The translations under genes were made by a program, and so were the position numbers. DNA of 64,000 bases from an uncultured Clostridia bacterium (GTDB lineage Bacteria > Bacillota > Clostridia > TANB77 > CAG-508). Position 1 is the stretch's first letter. The number at the start of each line of letters is the position of its first letter. Location: positions 6,403-70,402 of the forward strand of contig CANQVF010000008.1 in NCBI GenBank assembly GCA_947627185.1, in the 5' to 3' direction. Positions 9,656 through 17,876 of the stretch are shown in pieces. The notes beneath the pieces were generated by a model. It searched no databases and was not told the origin of the DNA. It worked only from the letters and a program-made list of their open reading frames with translations.

Positions 9656-9753
9656 TGTTGTATAGGGGATTTTATGCTCACCATTTTTTACCTAAACTTC
9701 TAGGTATTGGTAGAGCTACTGCTTTGGGATTTTTCAACATTAGGAGGACAATC

Positions 9754-10959
9754 ATGAATATGAAACGGTTTTTATCAGCATTAGTATTATTGGTAATCTT
9801 TGCAACAACAAACGTAACAACAGTAAATGCGGCCTCATCTGCTAATGTCCCTTACGGATACACATATGATGATGCAGCGACCTATAAAACCGTGTATCGG
9901 TTTTACGATTTCAGTTCGAGCAGAAACACATACTTTCTCGCAAGAGAATTTTACTCCAAAGGGAGTTATGTGTATACATCAAGTGGCGTTTTAGTTTCCA
10001 ATCAGTCTGCTGGAGCCGGATCCAAGTTTCAAGGATATGATGAAAGTGGTAACTTCTTCATTGTGGGAGTAAATGGCTCTCTCTCAAAACTTGATACTAC
10101 AAACAAAGTCACTGTACTTTTGGAAAGTGGTGTAATCAAGTTAAATTACAACGAAGATGAGTTAGCATACTCTATCACAACAATTTCAGGTACCGTATAT
10201 TTGTCAAATTTCAAACCTGCCCCTGAGGTAGATAATGATGACTATAACGAGACTATTGTATCAAAACCTTCTAACCGTGTAGAAATCTATACAAATTCTG
10301 CTAAAGAACTTGTTTATGATGCATATGCATCTAACAAACTTAAGAGTAGAATAGTAGTATCTGCTAATGGTTCAAAGGTACTTAACGCAACTGCTAAAGT
10401 GCGTCTTACTGACACATTGAAAGGTGCAAAATTTGTGGGTTTCGATAGCTCTTATAACGTTTACCTTTATGAAGGTAGTTCGTTGTACAGATTTAAAAAT
10501 GGAAGCTGGTTTTCTGCTCAAAAAATGCAACTTTCAGGCACTTACAAGAGTTTCAAAAAAGATGATGCTGGCTTCATTAGTCAAGTGGTAACATCCAAAA
10601 ATACCTACACAATAAAACAACTTACTGTGTCTGGGAAATGGAAGGCCAAGCGGACTTATGCAGTGCATAAGGCAAATTACATCACTATGTATGTAAAAGG
10701 CAAAACTACCAGCTATACGTTGTCGACATCAAAAGGAGTATTAAAGCTGAATGGCAAAAAAGTTGCTTCTGGCGTAAGTAAGTATGGCTTCATTGGAGCA
10801 AAAAAACTTATCTACGTAAAGAAGGGAAAAATCTATACAGCAAACATAAAAAATTTAAAGAAACAAAAAATCTGCAATGGTAAAACCTTAAAAACCAATT
10901 CAGTTGGACTGGTAACAAAGGTAATCACATCTGCAGGTAAAAGCCAAAAAATAAGTTAG
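9754..10959 (+). CDS. Secreted protein of unknown function (visibly G+C-richer than the flanks)
   Basis: GGAGG lies 6 nt upstream of the ATG at 9754. Signal peptide MNMKRFLSALVLLVIFATTNVTTVNA|AS. The sequence is beta-rich with a Lys-rich C-terminus. The track ORF start at 9655 is an over-extension. Confidence 0.7.
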   Translation: MNMKRFLSALVLLVIFATTNVTTVNAASSANVPYGYTYDDAATYKTVYRFYDFSSSRNTYFLAREFYSKGSYVYTSSGVLVSNQSAGAGSKFQGYDESGNFFIVGVNGSLSKLDTTNKVTVLLESGVIKLNYNEDELAYSITTISGTVYLSNFKPAPEVDNDDYNETIVSKPSNRVEIYTNSAKELVYDAYASNKLKSRIVVSANGSKVLNATAKVRLTDTLKGAKFVGFDSSYNVYLYEGSSLYRFKNGSWFSAQKMQLSGTYKSFKKDDAGFISQVVTSKNTYTIKQLTVSGKWKAKRTYAVHKANYITMYVKGKTTSYTLSTSKGVLKLNGKKVASGVSKYGFIGAKKLIYVKKGKIYTANIKNLKKQKICNGKTLKTNSVGLVTKVITSAGKSQKIS

Positions 10960-11034
10960 TCATTATTCTCTGGCTACAGCATCGTAGCAAACTAAAAAAT
11001 CCCTTACAAAAAAACGAATTATCCCAAAGCAGTT

Positions 11035-11068
11035 GGGGCGGCGAATACCGCCCCTATTTCATTTATTT
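11035..11068 (+). terminator. Rho-independent terminator
   Basis: ggggcgg / ccgcccc stem with loop cgaata, followed by a T-rich tail. Confidence 0.6.
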
Positions 11069-11209
11069 GGCTTAGTTTCAATTATTATATTTTTTATTTT
11101 TAAAAACCGAACATTTTTTTGTAAAAAAGTATTGACATTTTTATTTTATAAATGTAAAATAATACAAACAAAGTTTTTGCGAACATTTATTTTGTTGGAG
11201 GTATTAAAA

Positions 11210-11785
11210 ATGAATATTATAAAAAGAATAAAAACCAATAATATCAATAAAAAATCTTATTTATCTAATGATAATTTTATGTTTGGAAAAGATGAAACTT
11301 TAAAACCAAAATTTACAACTATTTTTGGTGAAAATTATTCTGTTAATGTTTATTATTTAAGAATATCTTCTCCAGAATTAAATCTTGAAAAAAATTCTAT
11401 TAATATAAACTTACCTATGAATTATAGAAATAGTAATAATCAAAATTTATTAAATGTTATATTATTAAAAATGTACAAAAAAATTACTGAAAATGAAATA
11501 GAAAATATTTTAGAAGAAGCAAGACACATTTTTAAATTTGCACCAGAAAATTATGAAATTAAAAAAATTGCTGGCTCTCTTGCCTATTGCAATACAGATT
11601 TGCAATCATTTATTATTAATCCATATATTGCTATGTACTCAAAAGAAACAATAAAATATATTATTTTTCATGAATTTTGTCATTTAAAATATAAAAGTCA
11701 TTGCAAAAAATTTTATGATATGCTAAAAAAATATATTCCAAATTATGAAAAAATAGCAAAACAAATTCCAAATTTAAAATACTAA
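11210..11785 (+). CDS. YgjP/DUF45-like metal-dependent hydrolase (HExxH)
   Basis: C-terminal motif IIFHEFCHLKY. GGAGG lies upstream of the ATG at 11210. The track ORF start at 11033 runs through the upstream terminator and is rejected. Confidence 0.7.
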   Translation: MNIIKRIKTNNINKKSYLSNDNFMFGKDETLKPKFTTIFGENYSVNVYYLRISSPELNLEKNSININLPMNYRNSNNQNLLNVILLKMYKKITENEIENILEEARHIFKFAPENYEIKKIAGSLAYCNTDLQSFIINPYIAMYSKETIKYIIFHEFCHLKYKSHCKKFYDMLKKYIPNYEKIAKQIPNLKY

Positions 11786-11918
11786 AATTATTTAAATATT
11801 AAAATTATTAATGAACAAAATTATTAATAAATAAAATTTTTATAAATTCATTTATTAATAATTTTTCATTTTTTAATAATAAGATTACTTATAGATTCAA
11901 ATATATAAGATTAACCTT

Positions 11919-11947
11919 TTGACATTTATGTAAATCTGTGCTATAAT
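11919..11947 (+). promoter_or_regulatory. Consensus sigma-A promoter
   Basis: TTGACA, a 17-nt spacer ending in TGc, then TATAAT. Both hexamers are perfect. Confidence 0.55.
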
Positions 11948-11976
11948 TCTTAAGACACAGTCGTTTTGTTTCAAAA

Positions 11977-12150
11977 ATGGAGGGTTTTATATTGAATACG
12001 CCAGAATCTTTATTTCGGTATTACAAAAAAGTTGGCACTCCTGCATTTTTCGATTGGCTTCATCATCATCACGAGTATGATTATATGATGAATGATTTAA
12101 AGAGCCTCATTCGGAAACAAGCACAGGAAGACTATCCTAAAGTGGCTTAA
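11977..12150 (+). CDS. 57-aa ORF absent from the supplied ORF track, G+C-richer than its surroundings
   Basis: My own translation: MEGFILNTPESLFRYYKKVGTPAFFDWLHHHHEYDYMMNDLKSLIRKQAQEDYPKVA. An alternative in-frame TTG at 11992 has GGAGGG 8 nt upstream. The ORF lies between a consensus promoter and a terminator. Confidence 0.45.
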   Translation: MEGFILNTPESLFRYYKKVGTPAFFDWLHHHHEYDYMMNDLKSLIRKQAQEDYPKVA

Positions 12151-12167
12151 AATTATACTGTGCAAAA

Positions 12168-12202
12168 AACACTCTTTGGCCTCAAACCAGAGAGTGTTTT
12201 TC
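12168..12202. terminator. Bidirectional hairpin terminator (small ORF / rplT)
   Basis: aacactctttgg / ccagagagtgtt stem with one mismatch, flanked by an A run and a T run. It lies between convergent genes. Confidence 0.6.
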
Positions 12203-12253
12203 TTAATTAATTTTTATTTTAATTTTCTAAAATTTTAATATAAAAATATATTT

Positions 12254-12604
12254 TTATGCTTTTTTTGCTATTTCTGCTAATTCTGTAAAAGCTTTTTCAT
12301 CAGATACTGCTATTTCTGCTAACATTTTTCTATTTATAGAAACTCCTGCTTTTTTAAGTCCTGAAATCATTTTGCTATATGTTAATCCATTCATTCTAGC
12401 TGCTGCATTTATTCTTACTATCCATAATTTTCTAAAATCTGATTTTTTATCTTTTCTTCCAACATATGCATACATTCCAGATTTCATAACTGCTTGTTTA
12501 GCATTTCTATATCTATAATGTTTTGCTCCATAATATCCTTTTGCTAGTTTTAATACTTTTTTATGTCTTGCTCTAGTTGTTCTTGCTGTTTTTACTCTTG
12601 CCAT
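12254..12604 (-). CDS. rplT: 50S ribosomal protein L20
   Basis: [26 protein letters not shown]... is the canonical L20 sequence. Confidence 0.95.
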   Translation of the reverse strand: MARVKTARTTRARHKKVLKLAKGYYGAKHYRYRNAKQAVMKSGMYAYVGRKDKKSDFRKLWIVRINAAARMNGLTYSKMISGLKKAGVSINRKMLAEIAVSDEKAFTELAEIAKKA

Positions 12605-12635
12605 TTGTTTTCAACTCCTTTATTCTAAATTTATT

Positions 12636-12839
12636 CTAGTTACCATATGGTAATAATTTTTTAATTCCTGCTACTACAGTTTTATCTGCATATGCATCTT
12701 GAATTTTTCCTGTTTTTTTCTGTCTAGTTGTTTTTGTAGCTAAACGATGTCTTCTATTAGCTTTTGTTCTTTTTACTTTTTCTGTAGCTGTAAAAGAATA
12801 TCTTTTCTTTGCAGCTTTATTTGTTTTTAATTTTGGCAT
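12636..12839 (-). CDS. rpmI: 50S ribosomal protein L35
   Basis: MPKLKTNKAAKKR... is the canonical L35 sequence, positioned between infC and rplT. Confidence 0.95.
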   Translation of the reverse strand: MPKLKTNKAAKKRYSFTATEKVKRTKANRRHRLATKTTRQKKTGKIQDAYADKTVVAGIKKLLPYGN

Positions 12840-12860
12840 TTTGAAATCTCCCTTCTAATT

Positions 12861-13370
12861 TTATATTTTTTTTGTTAATATTATAAACATTGTTTTGCCT
12901 TCTAATATTGGTTTCTTTTCAACATTTGAAACTTCTGATAATTCTTCAGCAAATCTATTTAAAACCAATTCACCAGCTTTAACATTGTTTAATTCTCTTC
13001 CTCTAAATCTTACTGTAAGCTTTACTTTGTTACCAGCTTCCAAAAAAGCTCTAGCATTTTTGCATTTGAATCCAAAATCATGTTCACCAATATTTGGTGT
13101 AACTCTTATTTCTTTTAATTCAACAGCTTTTTGGCTTTTTCTAGACTCTTTTTCTCTTTTTGCTTGTTCAAATTTGTATTTTCCATAATTCATTAATTTA
13201 CAAACTACAGGTTTACTATTTGGAGCAACTAAAACTAAATCTAAATTTTTCTCTTCAGCATATTCTAATGCTTTTTCTATAGAAACTACTCCTATTTTTT
13301 CTCCTTCTGCTCCAATTAATTGAACTTCTTTTTCTTTTATTTGTCTATTTATTGGTAATTCTTGTTTTAT
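12861..13370 (-). CDS. infC: Translation initiation factor IF-3, with a probable ATA start
   Basis: The IF-3 sequence continues upstream of the track ATG (IKQELPINRQIKEKEVQLIGAEGEKIGVVSIEKALEYAEEKNLDLVLV...). The frame reaches an ATA 7 nt after GGAGGTG. Non-AUG infC starts are a known autoregulatory feature. Confidence 0.85.
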   Translation of the reverse strand: MKQELPINRQIKEKEVQLIGAEGEKIGVVSIEKALEYAEEKNLDLVLVAPNSKPVVCKLMNYGKYKFEQAKREKESRKSQKAVELKEIRVTPNIGEHDFGFKCKNARAFLEAGNKVKLTVRFRGRELNNVKAGELVLNRFAEELSEVSNVEKKPILEGKTMFIILTKKI

Positions 13371-13380
13371 TGTGAAACAC

Positions 13381-13515
13381 CTCCAAAAAAAAAATTTGAC
13401 TTATTTTAAAAAGCCAAATCCACATACTAATTCTATAAATAATATTATATTTATTGAATTTTAACCTTATGCTTTTAACTTAAGATAAGGTGAGAAGTGG
13501 ATACTTCTTCTTAAA
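13381..13515 (-). promoter_or_regulatory. Candidate L20-leader-type attenuator upstream of infC
   Basis: A ~135-nt leader with local hairpins (gaagt/acttc, ccttat/ataagg) and possible long-range auccac/guggau pairing. An 8-bp hairpin (uuuggcuu / aagucaaa) followed by a run of 10 U sits just before the infC RBS. Confidence 0.4.
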
Positions 13516-13523
13516 ACAATAAT

Positions 13524-13552
13524 ATATTACTACTTTTTAGCAATTTTGTCAA
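13524..13552 (-). promoter_or_regulatory. Sigma-A promoter candidate for infC-rpmI-rplT
   Basis: On the minus strand: TTGACA, 17 nt, TAATAT. Confidence 0.45.
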
Positions 13553-13585
13553 CTATTTTTTATTATATTTTATAAAAAAGCAATA

Positions 13586-13622
13586 TAAAAAAACAATCTC
13601 AAAAATCTTGAGATTGTTTTTT
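13586..13622. terminator. Bidirectional hairpin terminator at the end of the sortase-pilus operon
   Basis: aacaatctcaa / ttgagattgtt is an 11-bp perfect stem flanked by an A run and a T run. Confidence 0.6.
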
Positions 13623-13639
13623 ACTTTATCTAAAAAATT

Positions 13640-15403
13640 TTATTGTTTTATCATTTTCATTTTTTTATTTATTATGAATAACATAACAGCTACTACTAAC
13701 ATTATAAGTAATGGAAAAACATTATCTGTTATTCCTGTTTCAGGAGATCTTTCTCTAGTATTTATATATGTTACAATTACTTCCCCATCTACATCTATAA
13801 CACCAGAAACTATTCCATTAGCTTGATCAATATTTATAGGTGAATTTTCTGTAGGAGCTTCTGTTGTAACTTCCCAAATATCATCATTTCTATCAATTAA
13901 TTCAATTGAAAAATTAGTACCTTTATCTATTTCAAGTGAATATGTACCTTCATGTGAAAGATCTACATCTTTTTCTGTTTCAACACCCTCAAGAGTATAT
14001 TTTATTCTAAATGTATATTCTTCTGTTATATCAACATAATTACCTTTACTCAAATGCTTTAGAGTAAGTGTTTCTTTCTCTGTTTCAGTTGGTTCTAATG
14101 GTGGAGCATCTGGGCTTCTAACAAAAACAACATCATCTACACCATAACTTTGTCCTACATACCAATTATCTTCATCACTAAAAAATCTATCTAATCCTTT
14201 AGTATTTGGATCTGCTGTACCAAAAATTACTAAATCACCAGTTACAATACTTTGATTCCATACAGTTATACCACAAGAAGTTGCTTCTGTCATATCTGTA
14301 TTTATATATATATTATAAATATCATCTTGCTCTATACACATATTTGCTTCTATTCCTTGTGTTACAGGAGTATATCCATCAAAAGTACAATATGCATAAT
14401 TATTATCTATAAATATATCACCATCTACATTAATAGTAGACATATTTCCTTGTTCACCTTCTGCCATAGCAAAACCAGCTTTTCCTGCTGAACTATAATT
14501 ATTAGTTATAGTTACATGGTCTAAATGCCAAATTCCAAAATTTGTAGTTCCAACTGCTGCACCACCTATTGTAGCATTTAAAGCACAACAATCAGTAACT
14601 GTAACATTTTTCATAGTTAAAGTATATGAATCATTTGATGGGTCTGTTGAAATTGCACTTGAATTTTTTACTACTGGACTTGTAGAATAGCACTTTGAAA
14701 CACTACCACCTTCATATACTAAAGTTACATTTCCTAAAGACATAGCTCCACCTTCTGAAGCTAAGCAGTTTGTAATAGTTACATTTTTGCATGTTACGGT
14801 ACCATTACTACTACCAGAGTAAATTGCTCCACCGCCACCACTTGTTCCTCTATTACAATTATTTCTTAAAATACAATTTGAAAATTCTACATCTGTTTGA
14901 CCATTTAAAATTACTAATGCTTCTTGGGCTTCCATTCCAGATTTATCATCATTCCAACCACCATCAATAATTAAATTTTCAAATCTAAATAATCCATTAT
15001 TAGAACTAAATAATGCTCCTGTGTAACCTTCTGCCCTCTTTAATAAAGTTTTACCACTAGTTACATGTCCATTATATGGATCATCTGGACCTTGTGATTT
15101 AAAATGAGCAAATCTTGTATTGAAATAAAAATTTATATTTTTACTAACTGTTATTTCTTCTGTTAAAAATTCTATTGTTGCTACATCATCTTGAGATGAT
15201 GGTTGAATTATCCATGAATTATTAGATAGAATTTCTAATGTTTCAAAATATTTATCTCCACATCTTACCTCATACGATTCACCTTCTACATAAGCAAAGT
15301 TATTTTCAAATCCATTTGCATACGATTTAGTAGAATAAAATATTATACCTATCGCCATAGCTATTAGAACTATAATTATTTTTCTAAATAATTTTTTTTC
15401 CAT
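13640..15403 (-). CDS. Cell-wall-sorted beta-helix surface protein (PMP-type GGA[I/M/A] repeats) with an SPETG sorting signal
   Basis: Has a signal peptide. Repeats GGGGAIYSG, EGGAMSLG and IGGAAVG, with alternating NVT/N-rich rungs, are typical of polymorphic-membrane-protein / pectin-lyase-like beta helices. The C-terminal Ig-like region ends in SPETG + hydrophobic helix + KKMKMIKQ. Confidence 0.7.
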   Translation of the reverse strand: MEKKLFRKIIIVLIAMAIGIIFYSTKSYANGFENNFAYVEGESYEVRCGDKYFETLEILSNNSWIIQPSSQDDVATIEFLTEEITVSKNINFYFNTRFAHFKSQGPDDPYNGHVTSGKTLLKRAEGYTGALFSSNNGLFRFENLIIDGGWNDDKSGMEAQEALVILNGQTDVEFSNCILRNNCNRGTSGGGGAIYSGSSNGTVTCKNVTITNCLASEGGAMSLGNVTLVYEGGSVSKCYSTSPVVKNSSAISTDPSNDSYTLTMKNVTVTDCCALNATIGGAAVGTTNFGIWHLDHVTITNNYSSAGKAGFAMAEGEQGNMSTINVDGDIFIDNNYAYCTFDGYTPVTQGIEANMCIEQDDIYNIYINTDMTEATSCGITVWNQSIVTGDLVIFGTADPNTKGLDRFFSDEDNWYVGQSYGVDDVVFVRSPDAPPLEPTETEKETLTLKHLSKGNYVDITEEYTFRIKYTLEGVETEKDVDLSHEGTYSLEIDKGTNFSIELIDRNDDIWEVTTEAPTENSPINIDQANGIVSGVIDVDGEVIVTYINTRERSPETGITDNVFPLLIMLVVAVMLFIINKKMKMIKQ

Positions 15404-15441
15404 TATCTATTCCTTTCTTTATTTTGGATAAGTAATATAGA

Positions 15442-16203
15442 TTAATTGATTGTTTGAGTATCATCTGAAACTTTTGATAACTTTGTTACTAGAACTACTC
15501 TATCGTTTTCTGAAGCAATATCACATGTTGATAATAATAATAATTTATCTTGATCAACATCTATATTTAAATCTCTTTTATTTATTACATCTTTACTAAA
15601 AAAGGATATTATATCACGATTACTATCATTTCTATATGCTCTTAAATTATATGTTTCTTCTGAAAAAGCACTTACCTTTTTGCAACAAAATATATCAATT
15701 GTGTATTTAGCATCTGCTGTATATAATACTCCAAATTCATTTTCATCAAAAAATTTTTTATCTTCAAATTTTTTAATATCAGCAAACATTTGACTAGATC
15801 TCATATTATGACCATATAATATTGTATAATCATCACCAAAATTTCTATCATTTCTATAGTCCATAAATATACTTCCAGTTGAAGAATATTCTTTTTTGTA
15901 GTCTTTATTTAAATATACAGAGTTATCTACTCCAATAACAACTGGATAATCAATACTTGTATTATTAATTGTTATCCAACCACATATATCTGGATTTAGT
16001 TCTTGCAATTTTGGTATTGAAGAATTATTTTTATCATCTGGTTTTAAATCTAAAATAACATTTGATAAATTTGCGTTATCATACACAGCATATGCATCTA
16101 CAATTGCATACCCAGAAAATAATATTGCAATAATTAAAAATGTAATAATTATTAAATTTATTATACTATTTGAAAAATTTATTATCTTTTGAGCTATTTT
16201 CAT
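15442..16203 (-). CDS. srtB: Class B sortase
   Basis: N-terminal TM, VDNSVYLNKDY, SIFMDYRN, LYGHNM..SQMF and LLLLSTCD motifs match the SrtB family. Confidence 0.85.
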   Translation of the reverse strand: MKIAQKIINFSNSIINLIIITFLIIAILFSGYAIVDAYAVYDNANLSNVILDLKPDDKNNSSIPKLQELNPDICGWITINNTSIDYPVVIGVDNSVYLNKDYKKEYSSTGSIFMDYRNDRNFGDDYTILYGHNMRSSQMFADIKKFEDKKFFDENEFGVLYTADAKYTIDIFCCKKVSAFSEETYNLRAYRNDSNRDIISFFSKDVINKRDLNIDVDQDKLLLLSTCDIASENDRVVLVTKLSKVSDDTQTIN

Positions 16204-16972
16204 ACTTTTTTATTTTTTTTTCTTTCATCATAAAATATATTATTAATATTAATGATACGGCCAAAATTAGTACAAATGGCATTACATTAATAAACACACC
16301 TGTATATGGTAATATATTTGAAAGTTTTCTCCTACGTAAATTATTTGTTTTTGGATTGCTTTGTATTGCTCCACCACCTGATTGAGCAGGACCTCCAGAA
16401 GCTGGAGTAGGTTCTGGTACTACCATTTGGTGAGTAAACTCTAAGTTATTTGTTTTTACTTCATCTTTTAAATCAGTAGGCTGATTTAAAACTTCAATTT
16501 TTATTTTTCCATTATCATTTAATGCCATTACATATATTTCATACTTTTGACTGCTCATTGGAAAATTAGTTTTATTACTTGAATCTATCTCATAAATATC
16601 ATATCTATATATTCCAGGTTTTGGATATATAACTTCTGAAAAATCTATAGTAACTTCTTTTACTGCAGTTTTTTCTCTATTTGGAGCAACATCACTAAAA
16701 TTTACTTCTATATTCTTAGGTTCATTTTTAACTCCAGCTATATTATCTTTATGTGGAACTATTTCATATCTAAATGTGTTTGAAATTTTACTATTTACAT
16801 TCGTTACTTTAGAATATAATGTAATTTTGGTATTGTTGGTATCTTCAGTTTTTGCAGTATTTCCTTCTGTAGCAATACTGTAAGAACAACACAATGCACT
16901 AATTATGATAAATCCAATAAAAGCACAAATAGCTATATATATTAACTTATATTGATTTATTACTCTTTGCAT
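16166..16972 (-). CDS. Small pilin-like surface protein (one T-antigen-type domain, Pro/Gly-rich linker, LPYTG)
   Basis: Has a signal peptide. The domain NTFRYEIVP...GIYRYDIYEID...YEIYVMALN is paralogous to the N-domain of the 366-aa pilin. The linker VPEPTPASGGPAQSGGG precedes LPYTG + TM + basic tail. Resembles basal (FctB-like) pilins. Confidence 0.6.
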   Translation of the reverse strand: MQRVINQYKLIYIAICAFIGFIIISALCCSYSIATEGNTAKTEDTNNTKITLYSKVTNVNSKISNTFRYEIVPHKDNIAGVKNEPKNIEVNFSDVAPNREKTAVKEVTIDFSEVIYPKPGIYRYDIYEIDSSNKTNFPMSSQKYEIYVMALNDNGKIKIEVLNQPTDLKDEVKTNNLEFTHQMVVPEPTPASGGPAQSGGGAIQSNPKTNNLRRRKLSNILPYTGVFINVMPFVLILAVSLILIIYFMMKEKKIKKYENSSKDNKFFK

Positions 16973-16985
16973 ACAATTTTACCTT

Positions 16986-17534
16986 TTAAATATTTCTAAT
17001 TTTTAATAAACTGATTACTTTTCCTTTTATTTCATTTTCTGAAATTGCGCCAAAATTTCTTGAATCATTGGCATCAATACTATAGTCACCTACAACAAAA
17101 TAAGAATCTTCTTTTACTTTATAAGGAAAAACTATTTTTGTATCACTTGGGATATTTGCTGGATATAGTGATGATTGATTTGCTTCTGGAAATCCATCTA
17201 CCAAAATTTCTCCTTCATCTGTAATTTCAACCATTTGACCTTCTTTAGCAACTATTCTTAATACATAATTTTTATCTTCATGTTCAAAAACAACTACATC
17301 ACCTATTTTGTATCCATCATTAATCCTTGAATATAATATCAGTTGTCCTTCTGATATAAACGGTTCCATTGAATTATCTTTCATTCTAACAAAACCATAT
17401 ATAAATCTAAAAACAATAAATAAAATTAATATTAATATCATTACTTTAGCTATTAAAATTCTAAAATTAATAGCTACTATTACTTGTTTAAGTCTTTTAT
17501 TGATGATTCTTTCATCTGCTTCTAATTCATTCAT
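16986..17534 (-). CDS. Signal peptidase I-like protein (S26 fold) lacking the general-base Lys; SipA/LepA-like pilin chaperone candidate
   Basis: Box B NSMEPF keeps the Ser. Box D reads YVLRIVAKEGQ where canonical enzymes have YVKRIIGLPGD (Lys to Leu). Box E GDYSIDANDSRNFG is present. Confidence 0.65.
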   Translation of the reverse strand: MNELEADERIINKRLKQVIVAINFRILIAKVMILILILFIVFRFIYGFVRMKDNSMEPFISEGQLILYSRINDGYKIGDVVVFEHEDKNYVLRIVAKEGQMVEITDEGEILVDGFPEANQSSLYPANIPSDTKIVFPYKVKEDSYFVVGDYSIDANDSRNFGAISENEIKGKVISLLKIRNI

Positions 17535-17840
17535 TTAAACTGTACCTTTTTTTAAAAATAATCTAACTTTATTATAAATATCTTTTAATTTGTTTTCGCG
17601 AATTTCAAGTAATTCTTGACATTTTGCTTTTTCTTCTTGCAACACTTGGAGTTCTGCTTCTAATTCCGCTATTTTTTCATCACGACTCTTTAGCATTTTT
17701 AGATATTCTAACTCTTTGTATTGCAATACCGTTTGATATTCGCTATTTAAAGACTTAACCTTGTTTAAAACATCTAATTCATCTATTCCATTAAACATTT
17801 TCTTTTTAAATTTTATTTTACTTACATTTAAGTTACTCAT
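17535..17840 (-). CDS. DivIVA-domain-like coiled-coil protein
   Basis: The N-terminus KFKKKMFNGIDELDVLNKVKSL resembles the DivIVA/GpsB F..x..GYd..eVd.fL motif. The remainder is a heptad-rich coiled coil. Confidence 0.4.
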   Translation of the reverse strand: MSNLNVSKIKFKKKMFNGIDELDVLNKVKSLNSEYQTVLQYKELEYLKMLKSRDEKIAELEAELQVLQEEKAKCQELLEIRENKLKDIYNKVRLFLKKGTV

Positions 17841-17876
17841 TAGTAATTATTCCTATCTTATTGAAATTCATTAAAT

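Noticed and set aside
9655-9753. N-terminal extensions of track ORFs: 9655 for the secreted protein, 11033 for the DUF45 gene, 1869 for the ROK kinase, 4234 for the pilin-like gene, 35781 for murD, 40958 for ruvA, 41815 for rplM and 62894 for spoIIID.
   Set aside because: In each case an internal start has a better-placed Shine-Dalgarno and matches the family N-terminus or a signal peptide. The extension runs through a terminator, a promoter or the neighbouring gene.
9640-11947. The shared tgctataat motif upstream of the G+C-rich genes considered as a signature of a common mobile element.
   Set aside because: The same TGnTATAAT extended -10 also precedes native genes such as mntP (around 44430, minus strand). 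It is simply the local sigma-A consensus.
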